Positions 19,640 to 28,789 of a stretch of 64,000 bases of DNA are shown piece by piece. Positions within the stretch are counted from its first letter, which is position 1. Each line of letters begins with the position of its first letter. Where the stretch lies: positions 1-64,000 of the forward strand of contig CAYYQL010000011.1 of NCBI GenBank assembly GCA_964473825.1. The letters are read 5' to 3'. Both the position numbers and the translations under genes were made by a program. The notes beneath the pieces were generated by a model, which searched no databases, was not told the DNA's origin, and saw nothing but the letters and a program-made list of their open reading frames with translations. This DNA is from an uncultured archaeon. GTDB lineage: Archaea; Asgardarchaeota; Thorarchaeia; Thorarchaeales; Thorarchaeaceae.

Positions 19640-21085
19640 TTGGACATTAAGAAGATCGACAATAATCTCTACGAAATACCAAAGGGCACCAAGCCCTGTA
19701 TGAAAGTGCCTGTACGAATCTACGCATCAGATACTCTGATTGACAAGATGAAACAAGACAACACACTCAATCAGAGCATCAATGTTGCTTGTCTCCCCGG
19801 CATTCAACAGAAGAGCATCGTTCTTCCTGACGGGCATCAGGGTTATGGCTTTCCGATTGGCGGCGTGGCCGCGATAGATTACAATGAAGGAGTCATCTCG
19901 CCTGGGGGAGTAGGCTACGACATCAACTGTGGAGTGCGAGTGCTTAGGACCAATCTTAGAGAAGATGATGTTACCCCAAAGCTGCGAGAGCTGGTGGATA
20001 GGCTCTTCGACAAGATTCCAAGTGGCGTTGGTAGTACTAGCAAAGTCAATCTTCGCAGTGAAGGCGGAGTAGATGAGGTTCTCAATCTTGGAGCAAAATG
20101 GAACATAGAGAATGGGTATGGCTGGGAGGAAGACCTCAAGCACACCGAGGCGAACGGGAGTCTAGAGGTAGCAGATGCATCCAAGGTCTCAGCTCAAGCC
20201 AAGGGACGAGGCAACAGACAGGTAGGTACTCTTGGTTCTGGAAACCACTTCTTGGAAGTTCAGGCGGTAGATGAAATCTATGACGAAGAGAGCGCCAAAG
20301 CCTTTGGAATTGAGGAGACCGGTCAGATAACGGTGATGATTCACAGTGGATCTCGCGGCCTTGGCCACCAAGTCTGTAGCGACTACATCAAGACCATGAC
20401 TAGGGCGATGAAGAAGTATAACATAGATGTGCCCGACAGAGAGTTGTGCAGTGCACCGGTGACCTCTGACGAAGGACAGGCATATCTCGCGGCAATGAGC
20501 GCTGCAGCTAACTATGCGTGGGCTAACAGGCAGACTATGATGCACTGGACCAGAGAAACCTTCGGTAAAGTCTTTGGTCAGTCACCAGAGGATTTGGACA
20601 TGCAGCTGATATACGATGTTGCTCACAACATGGCGAAGGTTGAAGAGCACGAGATAGAGGGGAAGAAGAAGAAGGTGGTCGTCCATAGGAAGGGTGCCAC
20701 CCGAGCATTCCCGCCACATCACCCTGAAACACCAGAACTCTACAAGAAGATTGGACAACCAGTTCTGATTCCAGGCACGATGGGCACCGCTTCCTATATC
20801 CTCAGAGGCGATGCACGGGGAATGGATCTGACATTTGGTTCAACTGCTCACGGTGCTGGCCGAGTGATGAGTCGAACTCAGGCCAAACGTGACTTCTATG
20901 GCAAAGATGTACAAAAGAAACTTGCTAGTGAGGGAATCCTCGTGCGTGCACCTAGAGCCGTTGGTATTGCAGAAGAAGCGCCTGGAGCATACAAGGACGT
21001 TGACGAGGTCGTTCGTGTATCACATGAAGCAGGAATCGCAACATTGGTGGCAAGACTAAGACCCATGGGTGTCATGAAAGGCTAG
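19640..21085 (+). CDS. rtcB: RNA-splicing ligase RtcB
   Basis: PDGHQGYGFPIGG, GYDINCG, GSGNHFLE, HSGSRG, HRKGAT, HGAGR. Confidence 0.97.
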   Translation: MDIKKIDNNLYEIPKGTKPCMKVPVRIYASDTLIDKMKQDNTLNQSINVACLPGIQQKSIVLPDGHQGYGFPIGGVAAIDYNEGVISPGGVGYDINCGVRVLRTNLREDDVTPKLRELVDRLFDKIPSGVGSTSKVNLRSEGGVDEVLNLGAKWNIENGYGWEEDLKHTEANGSLEVADASKVSAQAKGRGNRQVGTLGSGNHFLEVQAVDEIYDEESAKAFGIEETGQITVMIHSGSRGLGHQVCSDYIKTMTRAMKKYNIDVPDRELCSAPVTSDEGQAYLAAMSAAANYAWANRQTMMHWTRETFGKVFGQSPEDLDMQLIYDVAHNMAKVEEHEIEGKKKKVVVHRKGATRAFPPHHPETPELYKKIGQPVLIPGTMGTASYILRGDARGMDLTFGSTAHGAGRVMSRTQAKRDFYGKDVQKKLASEGILVRAPRAVGIAEEAPGAYKDVDEVVRVSHEAGIATLVARLRPMGVMKG

Positions 21086-22003
21086 TGGCGCCTTTCGATT
21101 CGTGCGTGCAAGGTCTGTAAGCACAAGAGCAATTCCTATCAATATCACAAAGAATCCAACGAAGGTGATTGGCAGCGGAATCTCATTCAGGAACACTGCT
21201 GCCAATAGAGTTGCACCTACGGGTTCACCCAACACTGCAGCAGACACTACATAGGCTGGAACCAGTGTGAGCAGGTAATTGTTCACAGAGTGCCCGAGAA
21301 CTGTAGGAAAGATAGCCAAAGCCAGGAAGAGCATCAGCTCTCTGGGTTCAAGAACAACCACATTGACACCCTGCACCAAACAAAGAACGAGAGTGAATCC
21401 AGATGCAGCGATGTAGACAATTGAAGTATAGACAGTGATGGGTATACCGCGAGCAAATCTACGCCCTCCTATGAAATACAGTGCCAGAAAGAATGCGCTT
21501 AGCAGAGCCAGCAGGTCGCCGCTGAGTGCCCCATAACCTGAGGATACAAGGTCACTCCAAGCAAGAAGAATGGCACCTGATACAGCAATGAGAATTCCAC
21601 CCCAAGACTTTCGGCTGAGCCTCTCTTTGAGTACGAAAGTGGAGAGCAGAGCTGTGAAGATAGGTGAACTATCAGTCAGAACCACGCTTGCAGCTACAGT
21701 TGTCAGAAAGAGAGACGTAAACCACGCAGAGAAATGAAGACAGAGAAACAGGCCAATTATCGCAAACCACTTCCAGTGATCACGTACCGTTTGCTGAGAC
21801 TGAGTCGTATAGTCACCTCGCATAAGGCCAATAGATGCCATCAGGATGGCACCAAGAAGTGTTCTCCAGAAGACTATGACAAGAGGAGGGGAATGACTCA
21901 ACCGAATGAGAATGCTGGCACTAGAGACCATAGAAACGGATAGGACCAACAGAAGCACAACTCGTGGACTGTCTTCTGGCTCGGTTTCGATTTTGTGATT
22001 CAT
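21056..22003 (-). CDS. DMT/EamA family transporter
   Basis: About 10 TM helices in two repeats; FLKER, GDLLAL, EPVGAT. Confidence 0.9.
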   Translation of the reverse strand: MNHKIETEPEDSPRVVLLLVLSVSMVSSASILIRLSHSPPLVIVFWRTLLGAILMASIGLMRGDYTTQSQQTVRDHWKWFAIIGLFLCLHFSAWFTSLFLTTVAASVVLTDSSPIFTALLSTFVLKERLSRKSWGGILIAVSGAILLAWSDLVSSGYGALSGDLLALLSAFFLALYFIGGRRFARGIPITVYTSIVYIAASGFTLVLCLVQGVNVVVLEPRELMLFLALAIFPTVLGHSVNNYLLTLVPAYVVSAAVLGEPVGATLLAAVFLNEIPLPITFVGFFVILIGIALVLTDLARTNRKAPLAFHDTHGS

Positions 22004-22016
22004 GTCTGCACACCAA

Positions 22017-22505
22017 CTAAGCAGTAGAGCCCCCGCATAGAACACATACATGGTGATTATCTGATATGGAAGCGACTTCAGACTCGCAGTGCGTGCACTC
22101 TCTCACGACCAGGTTCCTGAAGTCGATGCCTTCCAGTATCGACTGGACATCGATTGTATCTTCGTAGTTAAAGAGGGCTTTCCCTCTTGCTCCTAGAACC
22201 ATGCGGGAAAGGCGATCACTGCCTGCCTGTCGGAAAAGCAAAAGGGGTTTACAAAGCTCAATAGCCAGCATTATCTCCATTCCGACACCCAGAGAAGGGT
22301 TGCTAACTTCACCGACAAGAAAGTCTGACTCTCGTACCCACTGCACATCCCGCAGATATATCTCTCGAGGCTCTAGGGGAGCAAGAAACTGAGGTGCAAA
22401 GACCTCAATGCCCTGCTTCTGGAGAGTTTCCACTACAACACTGTAAAAGTCCCTCTTCTGGAGGTGTTTGTGGATTATCGGACCGGAGAGATAGGCATGG
22501 AGCAT
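22017..22505 (-). CDS. Nucleoside 2-deoxyribosyltransferase / DNPH1-like N-glycosidase with C-terminal Zn ribbon
   Basis: YLSGPI, RDVQWVRESD, EVSNPSLGVGME; CTHC...CVLC; ATG at 22505. Confidence 0.85.
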   Translation of the reverse strand: MLHAYLSGPIIHKHLQKRDFYSVVVETLQKQGIEVFAPQFLAPLEPREIYLRDVQWVRESDFLVGEVSNPSLGVGMEIMLAIELCKPLLLFRQAGSDRLSRMVLGARGKALFNYEDTIDVQSILEGIDFRNLVVRECTHCESEVASISDNHHVCVLCGGSTA

Positions 22506-22518
22506 TGCTGGCCACCAA

Positions 22519-22917
22519 TCAGTCTGAATCGGTTCTTGTCTGGGATCCCGATTGATCCATTCGGCCCATAAGGTCTGATACCTCGGGTACCGTACCGTCA
22601 TCCTCAACAACTTCCAACTTGCCAGAGCGCCCAAGGGATAACTGAGGTTTGCCTTGCCACTCTTTGGCCCACCCATCAGTGATTTTAAGAACATCGCCGG
22701 TCATCAAATCGGAGCCTTCGCCAAATCCCCATAAGGTCAAGATGATTGTGCCGCTTTCGTCGCCAACCAACAGTTCGGTCAGCTGTGTCTTCCGTCCTCC
22801 CCGTGTGCGTATTATCCGAGGTGGAGCTTTCGAGATAACACGAACAATGACCTCTGACACATTCTCGTTAGTTTCGATGTCTTCTATCTTCAACAGTTGT
22901 TCCCTACAGTATCCCAA
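22519..22917 (-). CDS. Single-OB-fold ssDNA-binding protein (SSB/RPA-like)
   Basis: LVGDESGTIILTLW, LKITDGW, QLSLGR. Confidence 0.88.
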   Translation of the reverse strand: MGYCREQLLKIEDIETNENVSEVIVRVISKAPPRIIRTRGGRKTQLTELLVGDESGTIILTLWGFGEGSDLMTGDVLKITDGWAKEWQGKPQLSLGRSGKLEVVEDDGTVPEVSDLMGRMDQSGSQTRTDSD

Positions 22918-22992
22918 GAACTCCGTTTAATTGAGTCTTCCGAGACGACCATAGAGAGATTGTAATCTAAGAAAGCGGGCTGCAAACACTGC

Positions 22993-24798
22993 CTACTCGT
23001 CTTCTTCGTCGGGCTCCTTGGGGTTAATTATCTCCTCAAGCTCTGCTAAGGCATCATCATCCACAGTATGGGGGCTATCGCCCTCGGTTTTGTCATTGGG
23101 AGGAGGAGTCTTGTCATCGAGGAGACCCAAGATTCTGTCTAAGTCATGAAGCTCATCTTCGGCAAGTTCATCAGGAGTCTCAAGTTCTCTTCCGTTCGGG
23201 GTCACAGTTTCTTCGCACTTCAACGCATCTAGAGCCGTATCGAGGTCATCGGGATCTGAATTGTCTATCTCCGCACTGATTATGTCATCTGCATCTAGTT
23301 TCTCAGAAAGGAGCTCCTTGACCAGGTGCATCTCATCAGTTTCCGCTCGGGGGGGTATCTCGCTTGTTTCCTCCATCTCGGGTTCGGAGGGTACTTCGAC
23401 GGATATGTCTTCCATTTCGCTTTCGTCTTCGACCTCAATCTCGAACTCTTCGTCAGGAGCCTCAGATGGAGATTCTTCCTCCTCTTGCACGGGAATTATC
23501 TCGTACTCGTTCTTGGCTTCGGATGCAGCCTCGGTCTCTTCAACGAGAACTAGCTCGGTCGATGATGCGCGTATCGGCTCTGCGATGTCTTCGGAAGCAA
23601 CAGTTTCATCCACACCCTCTTCAACCTCCTCTTCCTCGGCGCCCTCTTCAGCAACCTCGAAATCTGCCGTGGGTCTTGAAACAGGAGGCTCATCCATCCC
23701 CTCATCAGGCTCTTCAACTTCAAGTCCCTCCTCACCCTCTTCGACCTCCACCTCCTCAATGAGCTCGTCGATTATCTCGTAATCATCTGTGTCCTCAATG
23801 ATATGACCCTCCTCGTCGACATACACCTCTTCAACGACCTCAACCGTTTCGTATTCTTCGTCCTCATCTCGGCCTCGAAGGTCCACCTCGGAGGCCTTCT
23901 CAGCGGCCTCATCGCTGAATTTCAAGAGTTCGCGTGCAGGAAGGTCCGGAAGGACTACTCCGACATACTGCGCAGCAGCATTCATCAGAATCCGCAGCAT
24001 CTCATCACGGCGTTCTTTGTCAATGGCCACCATGGGGTATGTTGGAATTCCCAAGATCTTTTGAACTACCTCGGGATTCATTGCATTCGGTTTGTCTTGC
24101 TTGTTGGCAAGCGCAAAGATTGGAACCTTTGGGGCGTCACGACGGATCAGCTTGAGTATGTCCTTACTGATGATGACATTCCTTAGGGTAGAATCGCATA
24201 CCAAGAAGATCACATCTGCACCGTGGAAGTAGAAGCGCCAGAGTGTTCTGAAACGTTCCTGGCCAGCGAAATCCCACAAGACCAAGCTGTAGTTGCCAAA
24301 CCGTATGTTCTCGACAGTTTCCAGGTTCAGAGCTATGGTGGGCACGTACTGCTTCGGAGGGGTATCTCCAAGTAACAAATGCAGCGTTGTCGTCTTTCCG
24401 ACACCACCTTCCCCCACAAGAGCAATCTTTAGACGCGTAGTCACTGAGGGCTCGATGAGAGATTCATAGTGCTCAATCAGCTTGTCTAGACCCTGTTTTT
24501 CAAGGGTTCTCCGTAGTGACTTAACTGCATTTTCCATGCGTTCAAAGATTGAGTGTTCATCCTCACTAGTATCAGTGACGAATACCAAGAGAAGGTCTTT
24601 GACTAACTCATGACCGTGATATTTGTCATCCCCGATGATCAGGGGAATCTCAGACATCGAACTATCAGCTGACCGTAGATCGGACCTGGTTTCAACGAAC
24701 TCTGTAACTTCTTCTGACAAGACCTGCACGGGCCAATACTGGGTCGAGGCAAGTACTTTGTTGTTGGAAACACGGACCAGGAATGTATTATGAATCAA
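22993..24798 (-). CDS. Longin-like domain + Arf/Rab-like GTPase + long acidic disordered tail
   Basis: GEGGVGKTT, YVPTI, WDFAGQERF, NKQD; ~120-aa longin-like N-terminus; ~300-aa E/D-rich C-terminus. Confidence 0.88.
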   Translation of the reverse strand: MIHNTFLVRVSNNKVLASTQYWPVQVLSEEVTEFVETRSDLRSADSSMSEIPLIIGDDKYHGHELVKDLLLVFVTDTSEDEHSIFERMENAVKSLRRTLEKQGLDKLIEHYESLIEPSVTTRLKIALVGEGGVGKTTTLHLLLGDTPPKQYVPTIALNLETVENIRFGNYSLVLWDFAGQERFRTLWRFYFHGADVIFLVCDSTLRNVIISKDILKLIRRDAPKVPIFALANKQDKPNAMNPEVVQKILGIPTYPMVAIDKERRDEMLRILMNAAAQYVGVVLPDLPARELLKFSDEAAEKASEVDLRGRDEDEEYETVEVVEEVYVDEEGHIIEDTDDYEIIDELIEEVEVEEGEEGLEVEEPDEGMDEPPVSRPTADFEVAEEGAEEEEVEEGVDETVASEDIAEPIRASSTELVLVEETEAASEAKNEYEIIPVQEEEESPSEAPDEEFEIEVEDESEMEDISVEVPSEPEMEETSEIPPRAETDEMHLVKELLSEKLDADDIISAEIDNSDPDDLDTALDALKCEETVTPNGRELETPDELAEDELHDLDRILGLLDDKTPPPNDKTEGDSPHTVDDDALAELEEIINPKEPDEEDE

Positions 24799-24969
24799 CA
24801 GTCTTTCACCAGTGATATGAAGCTAGCCTATCGCTTGGAATCATCTTTCAATATATATGTAAATCAATCCTTGACGGACTCAAGGTAACTTGAGCCATTC
24901 ATACAAAGGATACGAAGATAGTCCGCTATGCTAATATCTCAGAGAGATGCCCGAGAGAGCCGGTGAACC

Positions 24970-25890
24970 ATGTTTCTTCTCAGACCTGGATCAAGCGATA
25001 GGTTCGAAGACCTCGCGATGCTCTACAACGTAGTGAATAGCTATGACAACCCCGATCACCGCAATATTGGGTCAGAATATGTCACAGGGCTCTTCTCGCG
25101 CCGAGAAGCAACACCTGACAAAAACACCATATTGGCACTAGATGCTGAGGACAGACTAGTGGGTTCGTCTGTGTTCTTTCCACGAACACCTCACAAGGGT
25201 CTCTATTCATTGACAGTACAAGTCCATCCGGACTCCAGAAGGCAAGGCATAGGCACATCGCTGCTGAAAGAGTCAGAGCTCAAAGCCGAGAAAGCAACCA
25301 TGTTCGTCGGCAGTATTCCCAGCTTCAGAAAGGGCTCCATCAACTTCGCCACAAAGAGGGAATTCCTGAAAGTCGGCAAACTCGAGAAGATGAAACTGAA
25401 ATCATTGGAGGGTATCAATCGTCCCGAACCAATATCAGACTATTCTCTTCGAGAAGCTCGAGATACCGATTCGTCAGAGTGGGGTAAATTGCAGAACGAA
25501 GCATTCAATGGGCATTTTCGCTACAAGCCAGTATCGGACGAATACTACAACAGAATGACGCAAAGAAGAGCCTTTGTGCCTGAGCTCAGCTTGGTCATGG
25601 TACATGATGGACAGATCATCGCTTACTGCTTAGGACTAGTACAACACAATTCGAATCAGTCCAACGGAGGGCGTCTGCTGATTCAAGGCCTCGGAGTAAG
25701 ACGGGACCATCGCGGCAGAGGATTGGGTCTGAATCTGCTGACAGAGGTTCTCGCTCGAGCACGAGGGATGGGTGTTGAGTATTCGGTCTTGGTTGTAGAC
25801 AGTGAAGCGATACCAGCTATGTCGTTATACCGGAAGGTAGGTTACAAACGACGATACAGCATACTCTGGTTTCAAAAGAAACTGGACTGA
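24970..25890 (+). CDS. Tandem GNAT N-acetyltransferase
   Basis: Two acetyl-CoA motifs: VHPDSRRQGIG and GVRRDHRGRGLG; LYRKVGY. Confidence 0.9.
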   Translation: MFLLRPGSSDRFEDLAMLYNVVNSYDNPDHRNIGSEYVTGLFSRREATPDKNTILALDAEDRLVGSSVFFPRTPHKGLYSLTVQVHPDSRRQGIGTSLLKESELKAEKATMFVGSIPSFRKGSINFATKREFLKVGKLEKMKLKSLEGINRPEPISDYSLREARDTDSSEWGKLQNEAFNGHFRYKPVSDEYYNRMTQRRAFVPELSLVMVHDGQIIAYCLGLVQHNSNQSNGGRLLIQGLGVRRDHRGRGLGLNLLTEVLARARGMGVEYSVLVVDSEAIPAMSLYRKVGYKRRYSILWFQKKLD

Positions 25891-26445
25891 TGGGCTGGTA
25901 TGTCCCGATTATGAAGTAGTGTACCTTGAGAAGGATGCTTGTTTAGGAGCGGGGTTCGCCAGGCCGAAGCCTGAAGAGGCGAACCTTCCGCATCCGTCAG
26001 GTCATATAGACCAACCCAACTACAAGGCGCACGAAACAATATAGAATGCGCAAGTTTGCAAGGGAATCTTGCAAGGGGACCAATGCTGGAAACTCTTTTT
26101 TTGGGACCAATATTGCGAATGCGAGTTTCCGACGGGGAAATTCGAACGCCCTATATTTGAGCTCTCGAAGTGCGGAACTCGAAACGAATTCGGAACCGCA
26201 TCATTCGCAGCACAGCCATTGTATATGAATCTTGTTAGTTCTCAGGCTCTGTGTGAAAAGTCGACGAAAGGACAAGAATTAGAAACATTCACACTATACC
26301 GTGCACGAATCTCAAAGGCGTCATCGCTTTTTGTGACCGTAATAATCCATGGTTGATGAGTTTTCATACAGCGCCTAGTTCTCAGATACACGTAAGGCAC
26401 AACATCTCACCCATCCGAATTCTGATAGAACCAGACAAGAAACAT

Positions 26446-27585
26446 CTAGCGGGGGAAATTGTCACGTAGTAACCTTAGATGTTGATGAACCATTTCACGA
26501 GCTCGTGAGTCGTCAGGTGTTTTCTCAAGCTCGGTGATAAGGTCTTGGAGGAAGTACTCGGGGAAGAATAGCCGCACCCGGATGTCGTTAAGCAGAAAGA
26601 GCCATTTGTCAAATTCTCCAGAGGGGCCCTTTCGCCTCTTCTCGGAGATCACACGGTATTTTTTCAGATTCTCAATTGCAGCTCTGAGCTCTTTGGGGGG
26701 AATGCCAAGCGACGCTTCCAATTCTGCCACACTTACTGGGCGGGTTCGGACTTCTGTCAAGACATCATAACAATCTGGATCTGCAAGAATCTCGGCTATA
26801 GCCACCGTATCTTCAGGTGTTTTGGTCCATTCGGTAAGAAACTCAAGAACCTCAGCTTTGTATTGGGCAGCCAACTCAGGATCAAGAATCTCAGTTGAGG
26901 ACTCCATGGCCGTCAGGGGTGGTGCTCTGAACACTTCAAGGTCCTTTATCATGAAGACACAGGTTCGCCCAATCTCGTCGACCCACTCGCTTTTCACCAA
27001 GCCCAGCTCCTCAAATGGAGAGAGTATCGAGTCAACACTTACACTGGGAAGGCCCGTGACCATCTTGAGCCACTCTTCAAGATCCTCTTTGGAAATACCA
27101 CCCTTCCAGAGCTTTGGAAATACCGCACGAGATACCTCGTCATAGAACAAGCGCGCCAAACGGCTCTCATCGGTCATTCCCGCAAGGCGAATTATCCGAC
27201 GATAGGTGTTATCAAGTTCTTCCTTGAGTTCGTCATCCGTCATGGATATGACTGCATTTGTGATGGGAGAAACAACAGATGTGATTGCAGCCTCGTATGT
27301 CTTGGGATCCTCTGATGGAGTCAGTAAGAGAGAGATACAGTACTGCTCCTCTTCTCGTACAATTCCTGTATAGTAGGATGCGACATTATATTCCTCACCG
27401 CCAATTCGAATACTGAGCGTAGAAAATCCCGCGGCGGCATCACCCATCGCGTGAGAAGTAAAGATTCTCATGGCTTCGGTGTTCAAATCTTCGCGATAAT
27501 AGTCCGCGAAATCATCCGGCACTTTCGCCTTCAGAACGGCACCAATCTTACTGTCCCAATCGATTAGGAGCATAGCAACGGGCAT
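26446..27585 (-). CDS. uDENN/longin-like protein with C-terminal winged helices
   Basis: N-terminal LLIDWDSKIGAVLKAKVP (uDENN-type start); C-terminal SVAELEASLGIPPKELRAAIENLKKYRVI. Confidence 0.65.
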   Translation of the reverse strand: MPVAMLLIDWDSKIGAVLKAKVPDDFADYYREDLNTEAMRIFTSHAMGDAAAGFSTLSIRIGGEEYNVASYYTGIVREEEQYCISLLLTPSEDPKTYEAAITSVVSPITNAVISMTDDELKEELDNTYRRIIRLAGMTDESRLARLFYDEVSRAVFPKLWKGGISKEDLEEWLKMVTGLPSVSVDSILSPFEELGLVKSEWVDEIGRTCVFMIKDLEVFRAPPLTAMESSTEILDPELAAQYKAEVLEFLTEWTKTPEDTVAIAEILADPDCYDVLTEVRTRPVSVAELEASLGIPPKELRAAIENLKKYRVISEKRRKGPSGEFDKWLFLLNDIRVRLFFPEYFLQDLITELEKTPDDSRAREMVHQHLRLLRDNFPR

Positions 27586-27702
27586 CTTCTTCTTACTCCC
27601 GGTCCCTTAGAGGCCTTGTCAGAGGGGGGTATTTCTCAATAGGATGCATGTTGTCTATCTAAAAAAGCTTGTCACTTTTTCGACCGCGAATCAGATTTTC
27701 CA

Positions 27703-28356
27703 CTAAACAACATGACCGGATAGCTCACGGCGAATCTCTGAAAGAATCTTCGCTACTACCTGTTGCAGAGGCTTCGTTGCATCGACAACGCAGTAGTTTG
27801 CTTCGTCTTCACGACTCATCTCGAGGTAGGCCTGACGAACTTCGACTAACCGATCAAGATGTTCGAACTGCTTGTTTGTTTCACATCCCCGGCCACCTAT
27901 ACGGTAGAGGCCTTCTTCCGCAGGTATATCTAGAATGAATACGATATCGGGCTCGGGTGGAGATATTTCCACACGGTTTCTGTGTAAGATAGCTTGCCAA
28001 GGAATACCGGTACTGACGGACTGATATGCTCCAGTGGCAAAGTAATACCGGTCCAATATGATGATCTTGTTCTGTCGAAGTGCAGGACGAATTCGTTCCT
28101 TGATGTGCCACTGACGGTCCTTGATGAAGAGGTCAAGCTCCTCCTCTGGGGTCAGTTCTCCTTCAGGTGACCTCCTCCGTATCTCCTGCCCCCACTGACT
28201 CTCATCTGTCGGCTCTCGTAGACGTATATTCATGAAACCTTCTGAGGTCAGTTCTTCAGACAATCTATCTGCAACAACCGTCTTGCCGGCACCGTCGATG
28301 CCTTCTAAGACGAAGAGGAACCCTCTGTCCAGTTGCTTGTAGTCCTCATTATTCAA
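27703..28356 (-). CDS. tmk: Thymidylate kinase
   Basis: LEGIDGAGKT, REPT, ILDRY, AYQS, PDIVFILD. Confidence 0.95.
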   Translation of the reverse strand: MNNEDYKQLDRGFLFVLEGIDGAGKTVVADRLSEELTSEGFMNIRLREPTDESQWGQEIRRRSPEGELTPEEELDLFIKDRQWHIKERIRPALRQNKIIILDRYYFATGAYQSVSTGIPWQAILHRNRVEISPPEPDIVFILDIPAEEGLYRIGGRGCETNKQFEHLDRLVEVRQAYLEMSREDEANYCVVDATKPLQQVVAKILSEIRRELSGHVV

Positions 28357-28497
28357 TCAAAGTCACCGCAACAGCAAGAAACAAGGATGTCGCAAGCCTG
28401 AAGGTTTTAGGTTCTTCGGTGAGAAGATTCCAGCCGATAAAGAAACATCTCCAAAACGTATATCTTTGAAGCAATTACTATGTGCTCATAGGACTTG

Positions 28498-28705
28498 AAG
28501 GGGACGTAGTGTCTGAATGTCAATAAGGCGCCTTCTGGGGGAGAATCAATCTCCGTCGAATGGAAAGTCGTCTGGGTGGCTCTCTTCAAGAAGAAATTGC
28601 GAAACAAACTTGCCATCGCGTTCGTTCTTAACTTGGTCCCCTTGCAGAGTTATCCAATCCGGCGACCCATATTCCGAAAGGCGCCTAATCGATGACATTC
28701 GCCAC
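28498..28705 (+). ncRNA. Candidate rod-shaped structured RNA with possible pseudoknot
   Basis: Several nested helices with G-U pairs on the + strand; see findings. Confidence 0.4.
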
Positions 28706-28789
28706 GAAGACCAGATTTTTGGCAACGGTAATGCTTAAATTCAGTATGAAGAGGTTGTAGGTCAACCAATCCTACAACTGGTGAAAAAC

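Noticed and set aside
23261-23782. Ser-rich + strand ORF
   Set aside because: Antisense mirror of the Glu/Asp-rich GTPase tail
25888-26017. Selenocysteine readthrough of the GNAT TGA with a downstream SECIS
   Set aside because: The GNAT domain is complete at the stop, further in-frame TGAs follow within a few codons, and no clear SECIS core geometry is present
28515-28545. Minus-strand CAGAAGGCGCCTTAT resembles the RNase P RNA 3' conserved region
   Set aside because: No upstream GAGGAA.UCC P4 partner on that strand; the segment is explained by the local inverted repeat
28490-28720. Canonical cobalamin riboswitch upstream of the DUF4430/ECF genes
   Set aside because: GGGAA-GGTG-AA-TCC core and a proper B12 box are not present; only a weak gaagacc likeness
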